NCBI GenBank assembly: GCA_050290185.1
Contig: JBNKHE010000007.1
Coordinates: 184,108-248,107, forward strand
Reading direction: 5' to 3'
Source: Pontiella sp.
GTDB taxonomy: Bacteria; Verrucomicrobiota; Kiritimatiellia; Kiritimatiellales; Pontiellaceae
DNA length: 64,000 nucleotides
In this document: one piece after another, positions 1 to 8,249 of the stretch
Layout: every line of letters starts with the position of its first letter
Position numbering within the stretch: the first letter of the stretch is position 1
Made by a program: the position numbers and the translations under genes
Notes under the pieces: generated by a model
The model's input: the letters and a program-made list of their open reading frames with translations, nothing else
Told to the model about the DNA's origin: nothing
Databases searched by the model: none

Positions 1-5
1 TGCGG

Positions 6-1475
6 ATGAACTACATCAACCGCGCCCGCAACTTCAACGACGCCCAGGTTCTGAAACGCTCGCAAGGGCATAGATTGCTGAACGGCATTCGAAAAACAAC
101 CACACTTGAGCGGCAGGAGATCGATAATACGGCGACGGCGCTGAAATTGCTCGCGCAGGCCATGGTTCAAATGTCGCTTCCGGCAGCCGAAGGTTCATTC
201 GAAATTCGTGCGGTCGACGCGGAAACGGTCAACATCGCCGACTGGTTTTGGCTGGAGCTATGGACCGGGGCTGATTTGACCATGTGCCGGTGCACCAGCA
301 AAAAGCAGGCAGATGCATTTTCCCGCGACGTTGCGATCGAATACGAAGCCGACTCCACGCGCTGGGCCTACACCGGCGCCGCCGGCGGCGCCGCATACAC
401 ACCGCCGGATCTTCCGGAATACCTACCCGAAACACACATCTTCCAGCAGCTCATCGAGACGCCGCGCTTTATGTCGACCGGAATCGACCTGATTACCGCC
501 GTTGGGCGCGCCCACAGCCTGATAGTCGGTTTCACGCCATACTTTGCCCTCGATGCCGACCCGACCTATTCAACCGCCTTGAAAATAGAAAATTCGGCGG
601 TAAACCATTTCGGCCTGCCTGTTGAAGTGAAGAACGCAACCGGGACCGCAACGGATCTTGTGGTCACCCCGCTCAACAACGATGTGACGGAATACGAAAG
701 CGTTGCCGCCGCCGCCCAGCAAGCCGGAGAGCTGCTGCTGTTCATCGGGGACGAAATAATCTCCTTGCGCGACCTGTTCATCAACGGAAATGATTTGGAG
801 CTAGACAGTACGTTGCGCGGGTTCGGCGATACCAAGCCGAAAAACCATGCAGCAGGGGCGCAGGGAATCATCATTTACGCCGCCGAAGCCTTTAGGATCA
901 ACCCGGCTCCAGGTGAAACCACGAACCGGAACATCAAGCTCCCAGCCGAAACGCTGCTGGCGGTGCAGGATCTTGATGAAGTCGACCCGATCCCATGGGT
1001 ATCCGAACTTCGGATAAATCGTCCGCTCAATATATCGGCGCTCACCATCGAAGGAGAAGTGTTGCCGAAACCGGCGCACCACTACAATTTGGCCGATTAT
1101 GATCTGGTATCAACCCCGGCATGGAACGCCTCTGTTTCAATGACCGTGGCAAAACAGGACTGGTCGAGCCTGGGATTCATCTCGGCAAATTTCTACACAG
1201 CCGCCGACCTCTACACCCGCGTCCGTGCCTACGGAGCCGACGAAGTAACCTTGATCGGCGACACCAGCAGCGCAAACGCGACATTTTCCGTACCGCTTGC
1301 ATCCGAAGGCCACGCAACCGGACATCTCGAAATAACCACCTATCACCCCGATACGCCAGAACTGGAAAGCCAAGTTGCTTTGCGGATCGACATAACCTTC
1401 GGAACGCCTGGCTACGCGGTAGACGCGAACGGCGACTTTGCAATCGATGGAAACGGCGATTACGCCACAGAATAG
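6..1475 (+). CDS. Phage tail/host-specificity (tip attachment/baseplate hub-like) protein, probably 5'-truncated by the window edge
   Basis: Segment LLFIGDEII...LRGFGDTKPKNHAAGA resembles C-terminal parts of GTA-like/phage tail proteins; position before fibre and lysis genes. Confidence 0.65.
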   Translation: MNYINRARNFNDAQVLKRSQGHRLLNGIRKTTTLERQEIDNTATALKLLAQAMVQMSLPAAEGSFEIRAVDAETVNIADWFWLELWTGADLTMCRCTSKKQADAFSRDVAIEYEADSTRWAYTGAAGGAAYTPPDLPEYLPETHIFQQLIETPRFMSTGIDLITAVGRAHSLIVGFTPYFALDADPTYSTALKIENSAVNHFGLPVEVKNATGTATDLVVTPLNNDVTEYESVAAAAQQAGELLLFIGDEIISLRDLFINGNDLELDSTLRGFGDTKPKNHAAGAQGIIIYAAEAFRINPAPGETTNRNIKLPAETLLAVQDLDEVDPIPWVSELRINRPLNISALTIEGEVLPKPAHHYNLADYDLVSTPAWNASVSMTVAKQDWSSLGFISANFYTAADLYTRVRAYGADEVTLIGDTSSANATFSVPLASEGHATGHLEITTYHPDTPELESQVALRIDITFGTPGYAVDANGDFAIDGNGDYATE

Positions 1476-1484
1476 GAGAAAACC

Positions 1485-1922
1485 ATGGCATACGACATCG
1501 GCCCGAACACATGGGCAAAAGTGAAAGCGTTCTTCGACCTGATAAGCGCTATTGCAGCTGGAAAAGTCACGCTCGGCGGAGCCTTGGATTTAACCACAGA
1601 CCCGACCGGAGGCGATGGAGTTGGAAACCGCGACTACAACGATGCGCGCTACGCGACCGCAGCGCAAGGAGGTTTGGCGGATACGGCGCTGCAGCCCGCC
1701 GACGTTGGCACCGCCGCCGCCCAAGACGTCGGCTATTTCGCGACCGCAGCGCAGGGAGGTCTGGCCGATACAGCGCTGCAGCCCGCCGACGTCGGTACCG
1801 CAGCCGCTCAGGACGTCGGCGCTTTTGTGCCGACAGACGGCTCCGTCTCATCCATCACATTTTCGAACGGCGCAAAGCTGGAAATTTCCGGCAGCACACT
1901 GGTCATCACCGCCGCGCCCTAG
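1485..1922 (+). CDS. Small tail-fibre-like repeat protein
   Basis: AGGAG RBS; two 29-aa repeats ATAAQGGLADTALQPADVGTAAAQDVG. Confidence 0.6.
   Translation: MAYDIGPNTWAKVKAFFDLISAIAAGKVTLGGALDLTTDPTGGDGVGNRDYNDARYATAAQGGLADTALQPADVGTAAAQDVGYFATAAQGGLADTALQPADVGTAAAQDVGAFVPTDGSVSSITFSNGAKLEISGSTLVITAAP
1652..1820 (+). repeat. Intragenic tandem duplication, 87-bp period, two copies
   Basis: gcgaccgcagcgca(a/g)ggaggt...gacgtcggc repeated with synonymous differences. Confidence 0.85.
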
Positions 1923-1955
1923 TTGACACGTCCTGCCCAATAGGAGGCTATACCC

Positions 1956-4109
1956 ATGAAAAATAGAAAATCACTTGTTGTCACACTGATTGCTTTGTTG
2001 TTCGCGCTGCCGTCATTTGCGGCCAGCCTTAACCAAATATTCAACACCAGCCCATCTCCCATCACCAACAACAACGATGGAGTCAGCCAGTTGATCAAAG
2101 TCAAAGGATCTTTGGCCGAAAACGACGTGCTCGTCTACGACGGCCTTGGAAACGTTGTTTCCGCCGGAGTCTCACCTACCAACTTGGTTGTTTCTAGCAA
2201 CAGCTACACCAAGGCGGAATCAGACGCGCTTATTGCCACAAAAACCGATTCCGTTTCAAACGCGCTGTCTGTCGTGATCGGGTTTAAGCAAAACGCCAAC
2301 ACGGCCAACGCCAACAACGCCACGCTCGCACAGGGCGATTTGGCAGATTCCTCTATCCAGCCTTCCGACCTGCTTTATACGGCCCAACTTGATGGGTTGC
2401 AGCAACTGCTTACCTCGTCTGTTGGAACGAATGCAATTGCCACGTATGGTAAAAATGCCGAAATCATCAGTGTTAATTGCTTGGATTTCGATGGGACAAA
2501 TTCATACGTGAAAATGCCATTCACCACGGATGTAGGAGCGTCCGACTTTTCATTCCACTGTACAATCAACCCGGATATTGTATCGGGCGCTGCCAAAACG
2601 ATTTTTTCCCACGGAGAGGTATCAAGCAACAGCAGGAGTTGCTGGGTGGTATTAGCAAATGGCCTTTTATCCACTAGGCTTAGCGCCGACGGGACGGCAC
2701 AAACTGAAGTTATTGGCGGGACCGCGGTGCCAACAAATACATGGACTTCGTTATCCGCATACAAGACTGGATCCAGCATATTCTACTATTACAACGGATC
2801 CCTTAATCTGGCGGGTACGACCGTATCGTCTCTTCGCAATTCTGGCGGCTACGCATACACAGGATCACGGTACTCAGGAACGGCGATGGACTACCCATTC
2901 AACGGAAAAATATCGGATGTACACCTCGATATTCTTCCAACAACGCTCGATGTATATCTCTATATTGGACAATCGAATTGCGAGGGTAATCCAGGGGAGT
3001 ATGGAACACTGCCGACCATTTTGCAGGGGGAAAACTTCCCGTTCTTCGAAGCCTCAATAAACCATGGGACGCAAACCAAGCGCGGAACCTTTCTCAAGCC
3101 GTTCAATTCCACGCAATGGGGGGCTGAGCTTGTATTTGGACAGGTTATCACCCAGCGTGCACAAAAGCGCATTGCAATTGTAAAGGTATCTACTGGAGGT
3201 ACTTCGCTGGCCGTTGATTGGCAGCCAGGGGGAGAGCAGTACACCCAACTAACAAACGCATGGGCAAATTTCGAGACTGACATGGCATCGGCTGGATATA
3301 CGATTGGTGATGTGCGCGGGATTTGGATGCAAGGCGAGAAAGACGCCCAATCGAACTTGTGGGCGAATGCTTATGTCGAGAACTACGACAACATGAATGC
3401 AAGCTTCGAAAACGATACTGGCGTAGAACTGGTAAATACCACATTTTGCCGCATAAACGACGAGGGCAACCCCGGGTCGGACAGAGTACGCGCAGCATTG
3501 GTTGAGCTTGGCAACCGACCGGGAAATACATGGATAGATACGGACTCGATGCCGCGTCGTCCAGACGGCGTGCACCTTGACCCCGATGGGTTGCAAGCTC
3601 TTGGTACGGCCATCGGCAATGCCGTTGTTGTCAATGCGGCAAACAATGCAGATCCGGTTTTCTGGAATGTTTATTCAGAAGGATCATCGACCAATATTTA
3701 CGACGTGTCCGGCAATACCAATACCGGCACCGCAGTCAGTGCATCATGGACAACATCCAGCGGAATCGAATCTTGGAACCACCTAAAAGGGTGGAGCATG
3801 AGAGGTGCAACGGATGCATATATACCGGCGTTATACAATCTTTCCGGAGACGCTTCTGGCGGTGCGCTACAGCACCTTGGCGGGTTTGTCCACAACGGGA
3901 GCGAGTGTGACTTAATACTCTGGGATGGGTCCACCAACACCTACGTCAACCTACTGGAGTCGTCGTCCTACGCCTCTAATAGCGACCCAACAAATCGGTA
4001 CTCATCGGTTGGAACGGGCGGAAGAATAACGACATTTGCGGCATATACCAACAACCTTCCGGTTGCGTCGGATACCAGGCTGAAGGGCTTCTTGGAGTTG
4101 CAGAAGTGA
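1956..4109 (+). CDS. Signal-peptide protein with LamG-like domain and SGNH/sialate O-acetylesterase (SASA)-like domain; putative receptor-binding or lysogenic-conversion protein
   Basis: AGGAGG RBS; N-terminal MKNRKSLVVTLIALLFALPSFA; LDFDGTNSYV...FNGKISDV (LamG); GQSN, WMQGEKD, DGVH (SGNH esterase motifs). Confidence 0.75.
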   Translation: MKNRKSLVVTLIALLFALPSFAASLNQIFNTSPSPITNNNDGVSQLIKVKGSLAENDVLVYDGLGNVVSAGVSPTNLVVSSNSYTKAESDALIATKTDSVSNALSVVIGFKQNANTANANNATLAQGDLADSSIQPSDLLYTAQLDGLQQLLTSSVGTNAIATYGKNAEIISVNCLDFDGTNSYVKMPFTTDVGASDFSFHCTINPDIVSGAAKTIFSHGEVSSNSRSCWVVLANGLLSTRLSADGTAQTEVIGGTAVPTNTWTSLSAYKTGSSIFYYYNGSLNLAGTTVSSLRNSGGYAYTGSRYSGTAMDYPFNGKISDVHLDILPTTLDVYLYIGQSNCEGNPGEYGTLPTILQGENFPFFEASINHGTQTKRGTFLKPFNSTQWGAELVFGQVITQRAQKRIAIVKVSTGGTSLAVDWQPGGEQYTQLTNAWANFETDMASAGYTIGDVRGIWMQGEKDAQSNLWANAYVENYDNMNASFENDTGVELVNTTFCRINDEGNPGSDRVRAALVELGNRPGNTWIDTDSMPRRPDGVHLDPDGLQALGTAIGNAVVVNAANNADPVFWNVYSEGSSTNIYDVSGNTNTGTAVSASWTTSSGIESWNHLKGWSMRGATDAYIPALYNLSGDASGGALQHLGGFVHNGSECDLILWDGSTNTYVNLLESSSYASNSDPTNRYSSVGTGGRITTFAAYTNNLPVASDTRLKGFLELQK

Positions 4110-4141
4110 GTAAATCAGCACGTGCTTGAAAGGGGGGTATA

Positions 4142-4396
4142 ATGCCTGAACATGTTAAGGTAAGCGCAGTGAGTGCCGTGGTCGGCGTATTCATCACGTT
4201 CGGATCAATATTCATCGCCACCGGAAGCTACCGCCAAAAACTGGATGATACCTCCAAGGAAATTGTTCAGCACCGCGCGGATATAATTGCTTTGTATACC
4301 ACGTCGAAGGGACTTGAGCACGACATCCAGGACATCAAGCAGATGCAGCAGGAATCCCGCGCGGACATAAAGACCCTGTTGATCAGAACAAAATGA
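4142..4396 (+). CDS. Small membrane protein, single TM plus coiled coil (holin-like)
   Basis: N-terminal hydrophobic helix; position in lysis region. Confidence 0.5.
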   Translation: MPEHVKVSAVSAVVGVFITFGSIFIATGSYRQKLDDTSKEIVQHRADIIALYTTSKGLEHDIQDIKQMQQESRADIKTLLIRTK

Positions 4397-4434
4397 TTTC
4401 CGGCAATGGGGCCGGGATTAGTGGAGGTCAAAAA

Positions 4435-4719
4435 ATGAAGAAAAAGTTTAGCATGCTGATGGTATTGGCCGTTCTTGCCCTGGTGATGGCGGCTATGCCG
4501 TCGTTCGCCCAGGACGCGGGTGCCGAGGCCGTTGCCAGTGCATCGGATGGCGGCCTCTTGGCGTGGTTGTCCCGGAACATGGGCGCGGTGTTCGGAATCG
4601 TAACGGCAACGCTCGGGGTTCTGGCGATGGTCTGCAAGCTGACACCATCGCCGAGGGACGACGCAATCGTCGCCAAAATCCTTGGCTGGCTCAACATGTT
4701 GCCGGTGAAAAGGCAGTAG
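4435..4719 (+). CDS. Small membrane protein, holin-like
   Basis: GGAGG RBS; signal-like N-terminus, TM helix and TPSPRDD motif resembling small phage membrane proteins. Confidence 0.55.
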   Translation: MKKKFSMLMVLAVLALVMAAMPSFAQDAGAEAVASASDGGLLAWLSRNMGAVFGIVTATLGVLAMVCKLTPSPRDDAIVAKILGWLNMLPVKRQ

Positions 4720-4720
4720 C

Positions 4721-5086
4721 ATGTTGAAGGCTGCTCTACTCGCATTGCAGGAGTGGCTGCACTGGCGGCGCGTCATGGCTGAGATCCAGGCGCGCCGCTT
4801 GGTTTTGACGGAGCTTGAGCGCGTCGAAAGGGAAATCGATGAAATCGAAGACGATATCGAAAAGCATCGCCGCAATGGCGATCATGCTGATGCTGACCGG
4901 TTGCTTCTCGCAATCTCGCGTAGAGCCTGTTTTGAGCGGGGGATACTTGACCTTGCGGAAGGGGCAGGTTTTCACCGCTCGGAAAGACTGCGTTTTGGTG
5001 GATCTGGAGATCGTGGAGCAGAAGGACGCGATAATCATCGATCTGATCCGGTCGCAACGGAAGCAGGAAGTGAAGCAGCTGGTTGA
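4721..5086 (+). CDS. Coiled-coil protein, putative Rz/i-spanin-like
   Basis: Heptad-rich ELERVEREIDEIEDDIEK; encloses an out-of-frame lipoprotein gene. Confidence 0.45.
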   Translation: MLKAALLALQEWLHWRRVMAEIQARRLVLTELERVEREIDEIEDDIEKHRRNGDHADADRLLLAISRRACFERGILDLAEGAGFHRSERLRFGGSGDRGAEGRDNHRSDPVATEAGSEAAG

Positions 5087-5090
5087 ATGA
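4839..5090 (+). CDS. Overlapping lipoprotein, putative Rz1/o-spanin-like
   Basis: MKSKTISKSIAAMAIMLMLTG|C lipobox; purine-rich GAAAGGGA upstream; +1 frame within 4721-5086. Confidence 0.6.
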   Translation: MKSKTISKSIAAMAIMLMLTGCFSQSRVEPVLSGGYLTLRKGQVFTARKDCVLVDLEIVEQKDAIIIDLIRSQRKQEVKQLVE

Positions 5091-5335
5091 AAGCAATTAC
5101 ACTGTTCATTTTAATGTCGATCACCGGATGTGCAACGCGCGTCACAACCTGCACATGGGGTCCGGATCCCGGGAAAAACATCCTCAAAAAAACCACGGTA
5201 AGCCATTCATGGTGGCTTGGTTTGCCAGCAATTGCACCGATGGATTCATCCGTTAAAGACGGAGAGTTCCAAGTCGAAACAAGAGCAATGAAAGTCCCGG
5301 ACGGATGGTTCGGCGTCTACCGGGATCAAAACTGA
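5087..5335 (+). CDS. Small lipoprotein
   Basis: MKAITLFILMSITG|C lipobox; ATGA overlap with previous ORF. Confidence 0.65.
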   Translation: MKAITLFILMSITGCATRVTTCTWGPDPGKNILKKTTVSHSWWLGLPAIAPMDSSVKDGEFQVETRAMKVPDGWFGVYRDQN

Positions 5336-5364
5336 TTTAGCTGGGCTCCTCCTCTCTCCCGGCG

Positions 5365-5395
5365 GCCTCCCTTGCTTCGGCGAGGGAGGTTTTTT
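5365..5395 (+). terminator. Rho-independent terminator ending the phage late operon
   Basis: GCCTCCCTTGC-TTCG-GCGAGGGAGGT followed by T-run. Confidence 0.85.
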
Positions 5396-5399
5396 ATTT

Positions 5400-5515
5400 C
5401 TCAGCATTGTATATAAACGAAATATAAACGGATATATATTGAATATACGAAATACAGCGCAAAAACACCATAAAACAGCGTTTTTGATCCGATTGTTTTA
5501 GGGTAAGAGCCCACC
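5400..5515. other. Putative attR: AT-rich arm with direct repeats plus core GTAAGAG
   Basis: ATATAAACG at 5411-5419 and 5422-5430, related ATATACGAAATA near 5443; junction to rnpB at ~5501. Confidence 0.6.
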
Positions 5516-5673
5516 GCCCCAAGGGTAACCGAGGGGGCAGGGTAAACCCCGTCCGGAGCAAGATCAAATAGGGAATCGAGGAACGGCCCGTTCCGCAGGG
5601 GTTCCGGGTTGATCGCACTAGATAAATGATCGACTCCGCAAGGAGAACAGAATCCGGCTTACCGCCCTGACTG
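5501..5673 (+). ncRNA. rnpB: RNase P RNA (type A), 3' half only
   Basis: GGTAAGAGCCCACC (L13/P13 3' strand), GGTAAACCCC...GGAGCAAGATCAAATAGG, CTAGATAAATGATC, AACAGAATCCGGCTTA (CR-V); the 5' GAGGAAAGTCC half is absent upstream. Confidence 0.92.
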
Positions 5674-5676
5674 CTT

Positions 5677-6342
5677 TTATCCTTTTGGCAGCTTTTTTTG
5701 CTGGATCACTTCAAAGGCCAACCGCTCCAGAGCTTTGCCGTTGGGTAGATCCAGCTTGTTCTTGATATTGATGCGGTGGGTGTCGACCGTATTGCGGCTG
5801 ATGTTGAGTTTTTCCCCGATGGTTATCGAGTCGTGACCTTCTCCCAACAGCTTGAAGATATCCATTTCGCGGTTGGACAGCGTGTCGAGCAGCGAATGTT
5901 TTCCCGACGTGCGACCGTTCATTTTCTTTTCGATCCGTTCCTGGATGTCGGGATGAAAGCAGAGGTTGCCGGCGAGTACGGAGCGGATGGCCTGCTTGAG
6001 CTCGGCGGGCGGCGTGGTCTTCATGACATAGCCGGTCGCCCCGGCCATTGCCGTCCGTTCCGCGAACAGACGCTCTTCGGACATCGTGTAGACCAGCATT
6101 TTAAGTTTTGGGTAGGTGGTATGGATGCGCTGGATCAGATAAGTCCCGTCCGAGTCGCCCAGGGATAGATCAATGAGGGCCAGATCCGGCACATCCGACT
6201 CGAGCAGCTCCATGGCTTCATTGGCCGAAAAGGCCATTCCAAGAATTTCCATATCGGGTTCGTTGGATAAGAGAATTTTCAACCCGTCATGAATGATAGG
6301 ATGATCGTCGATGACCATAACCGAATGCTTGTTGTTGTTCAT
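5677..6342 (-). CDS. NarL/LuxR-family response regulator
   Basis: REC domain (IDDHP, DLALIDL) plus LuxR HTH (LSNREMDIF...TVDTHRINIKNKL). Confidence 0.92.
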   Translation of the reverse strand: MNNNKHSVMVIDDHPIIHDGLKILLSNEPDMEILGMAFSANEAMELLESDVPDLALIDLSLGDSDGTYLIQRIHTTYPKLKMLVYTMSEERLFAERTAMAGATGYVMKTTPPAELKQAIRSVLAGNLCFHPDIQERIEKKMNGRTSGKHSLLDTLSNREMDIFKLLGEGHDSITIGEKLNISRNTVDTHRINIKNKLDLPNGKALERLAFEVIQQKKLPKG

Positions 6343-6437
6343 AATACCCCTATCTGAACTTCAATATTCAAGAATTTATTCTTTTTGGGAGGGGAAATGA
6401 AGAGATTTCTTGCGGAAACAAAGAGAAGCGACTGGTT

Positions 6438-7460
6438 TTACTTTGAGCAACAGCCGGATTTTTCCCGCTCGGGAAGCAGTCCTTTCACCAGGATGGCCAC
6501 AAGTATGGCGACCCATAGGATTTGCAGGGGTCCATGGCATTCGCCCGCATGGCAAACCTGATCCATCACACCCAGCCTGGGGGTGAAAAAATTCATGGCA
6601 AAGCCAGCGGCCAGAGCGCACAACGACAATGTTGCGAGAAAGACGGCAAGTTGCTTGCGGCCAATGATCTGCCATAGCGTTGTCAGTGTTGCGGCGTTGG
6701 TTGCCGGGCCGGTTATGAGGAATACAAGCGCGGCTCCCGGTGATATGCCTGCCTTAATGAAGGCCAGTGCAATCGGAACGGATGCTGAGGAACAGACGTA
6801 AAGCGGGATGCCGATGCCGAGCATGAGCAGCATGGCAATCGGCGAATTACCAATGGTGTTGGTGAAAAAATTATCAGGAATGAGTCCGCTGAGGATTCCC
6901 GAAAGAATGATACCGATCACCACGGGCTTGGCAATGTCCCGCGGGAGGGAGATGAATCCGTAACTCAACATGCGCTGAATCATGGGCTTTTGATTAGGCT
7001 GGCAGCATTCTTCCTGGCACTCTTCAGTTGCTTCCTCCTCATTCGGCGATGCGGCAGTAACCGCTATGCCGCAAATGATGCCGGATAGAAACGCCACGGC
7101 TGCCCGGAAAATGGCGAATACCCATCCAAGCAGGGCATAAGTGATCATCAGACTATCGATCCCCGTCTGGGGGGTAGATGCCAGAAAGGAGGCGGTTGCG
7201 CCGCGGCTGGCACCGTGTTTGCGTAGCGAGGCCGCCAGCGGGATAACGCCGCAGGAGCAGATGGGCATAGGTACGCCAACAAGCGCGGCCTTGAACGATC
7301 CCATCCATCCTCCTCCACCAAGGTGCCTGCGGACGTAGTCCTTGGATATGAGTACGGAAAGCACGCCCGCCATCAGAAAGCCAAACAGGAGGTAGGGCGC
7401 CATGGCCAGCGTGACGCTCCAGATTTCATTCAGGACTTTTAACAGGACGTTCATGAGCAA
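6438..7460 (-). CDS. DUF318/SO_0444-type permease (putative metal efflux)
   Basis: PICSCGVIP and PLYVCSSASVP motifs; multiple TM helices. Confidence 0.85.
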   Translation of the reverse strand: MLMNVLLKVLNEIWSVTLAMAPYLLFGFLMAGVLSVLISKDYVRRHLGGGGWMGSFKAALVGVPMPICSCGVIPLAASLRKHGASRGATASFLASTPQTGIDSLMITYALLGWVFAIFRAAVAFLSGIICGIAVTAASPNEEEATEECQEECCQPNQKPMIQRMLSYGFISLPRDIAKPVVIGIILSGILSGLIPDNFFTNTIGNSPIAMLLMLGIGIPLYVCSSASVPIALAFIKAGISPGAALVFLITGPATNAATLTTLWQIIGRKQLAVFLATLSLCALAAGFAMNFFTPRLGVMDQVCHAGECHGPLQILWVAILVAILVKGLLPEREKSGCCSK

Positions 7461-7516
7461 GGATAGTCTCGATTGGATTAGATGGGCTCAAGGATTATTA
7501 CGTTGAAATAGTTTTA

Positions 7517-8173
7517 TCAGCCGATGTGAACCGGTTTGCCGAGATACACGGGTTTGCGGTGGATAATATAGAGGTCGAGTATGGTTTTTACCCGCGCCAG
7601 CTGTTCCCGCAGCTGGGTGCGAAACCCGGCTCGGCTCGATACATCCGCAGCGCAATATCCAATGGCGTCAATCTGCTTTCGTTTTGCAATGAATAGCGCT
7701 CGTTGTACATGGAATTGCTGTGAAATTATGGTGATCTGATCCTGACCAAACACCTTTCGGGCGCGCACTACAGAATCCATCGTACTGAATCCGGCATAAT
7801 CGCAGATGATTTTTTCGGGAGGAATCCCAAGTTTCACCAGCGCGGCTTTCATGGCGCCGGCTTCATCATAGGTGGAAATATGGTTGTCTCCGCTGACCAG
7901 CAGATAGTCGACCTTACCCGCGTTGTACAGCTGGTATGCTGCGTGGATGCGATGCAGAAAGTAGAAGTTGAAGTATCCTCCGGCCAGGTGGCTGGAGCAA
8001 CCCAGCACCAGGCCAACCTGGCGTTTTGGAATCGCGGACGACGAAGTATACACACGCTTCTCGGTGTCGAGCTGTATCCAGAATCGGGCCAGAGCGATCA
8101 TCGCGAGTATAATGGCAACGCTTGCGAGCAACCATCTCATCAATGTTCTTTGTCTAATCCATCGGCTAAGCAT
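7517..8173 (-). CDS. sanA: SanA/YdcF (DUF218) family protein
   Basis: GLVLG, LLVSGDN, DYAGFST, QQFHVQRA motifs. Confidence 0.85.
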   Translation of the reverse strand: MLSRWIRQRTLMRWLLASVAIILAMIALARFWIQLDTEKRVYTSSSAIPKRQVGLVLGCSSHLAGGYFNFYFLHRIHAAYQLYNAGKVDYLLVSGDNHISTYDEAGAMKAALVKLGIPPEKIICDYAGFSTMDSVVRARKVFGQDQITIISQQFHVQRALFIAKRKQIDAIGYCAADVSSRAGFRTQLREQLARVKTILDLYIIHRKPVYLGKPVHIG

Positions 8174-8249
8174 TTTTGCATGCTAATGGATTCTGCGTGA
8201 AAATGAAGTTGTTTTGATAATTCGGTATTCATCTGTATATTACTCGGTC

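Larger units (their letters stand above)
1..5500 (+). mobile_element. Prophage, right end (tail, lysis module, attR arm); continues upstream of window
   Basis: Co-oriented tail-like, tail-fibre-repeat, holin/spanin-like ORFs, then a terminator, an AT-rich arm and a truncated rnpB, followed by housekeeping genes. Confidence 0.85.

Noticed and set aside
1652..1820. Diversity-generating retroelement TR/VR pair
   Set aside because: Differences are synonymous and not adenine-specific; no reverse transcriptase present.
5394..5618. 74-aa minus-strand ORF
   Set aside because: Antisense to the rnpB fragment and att arm; a spurious translation of RNA-gene sequence.
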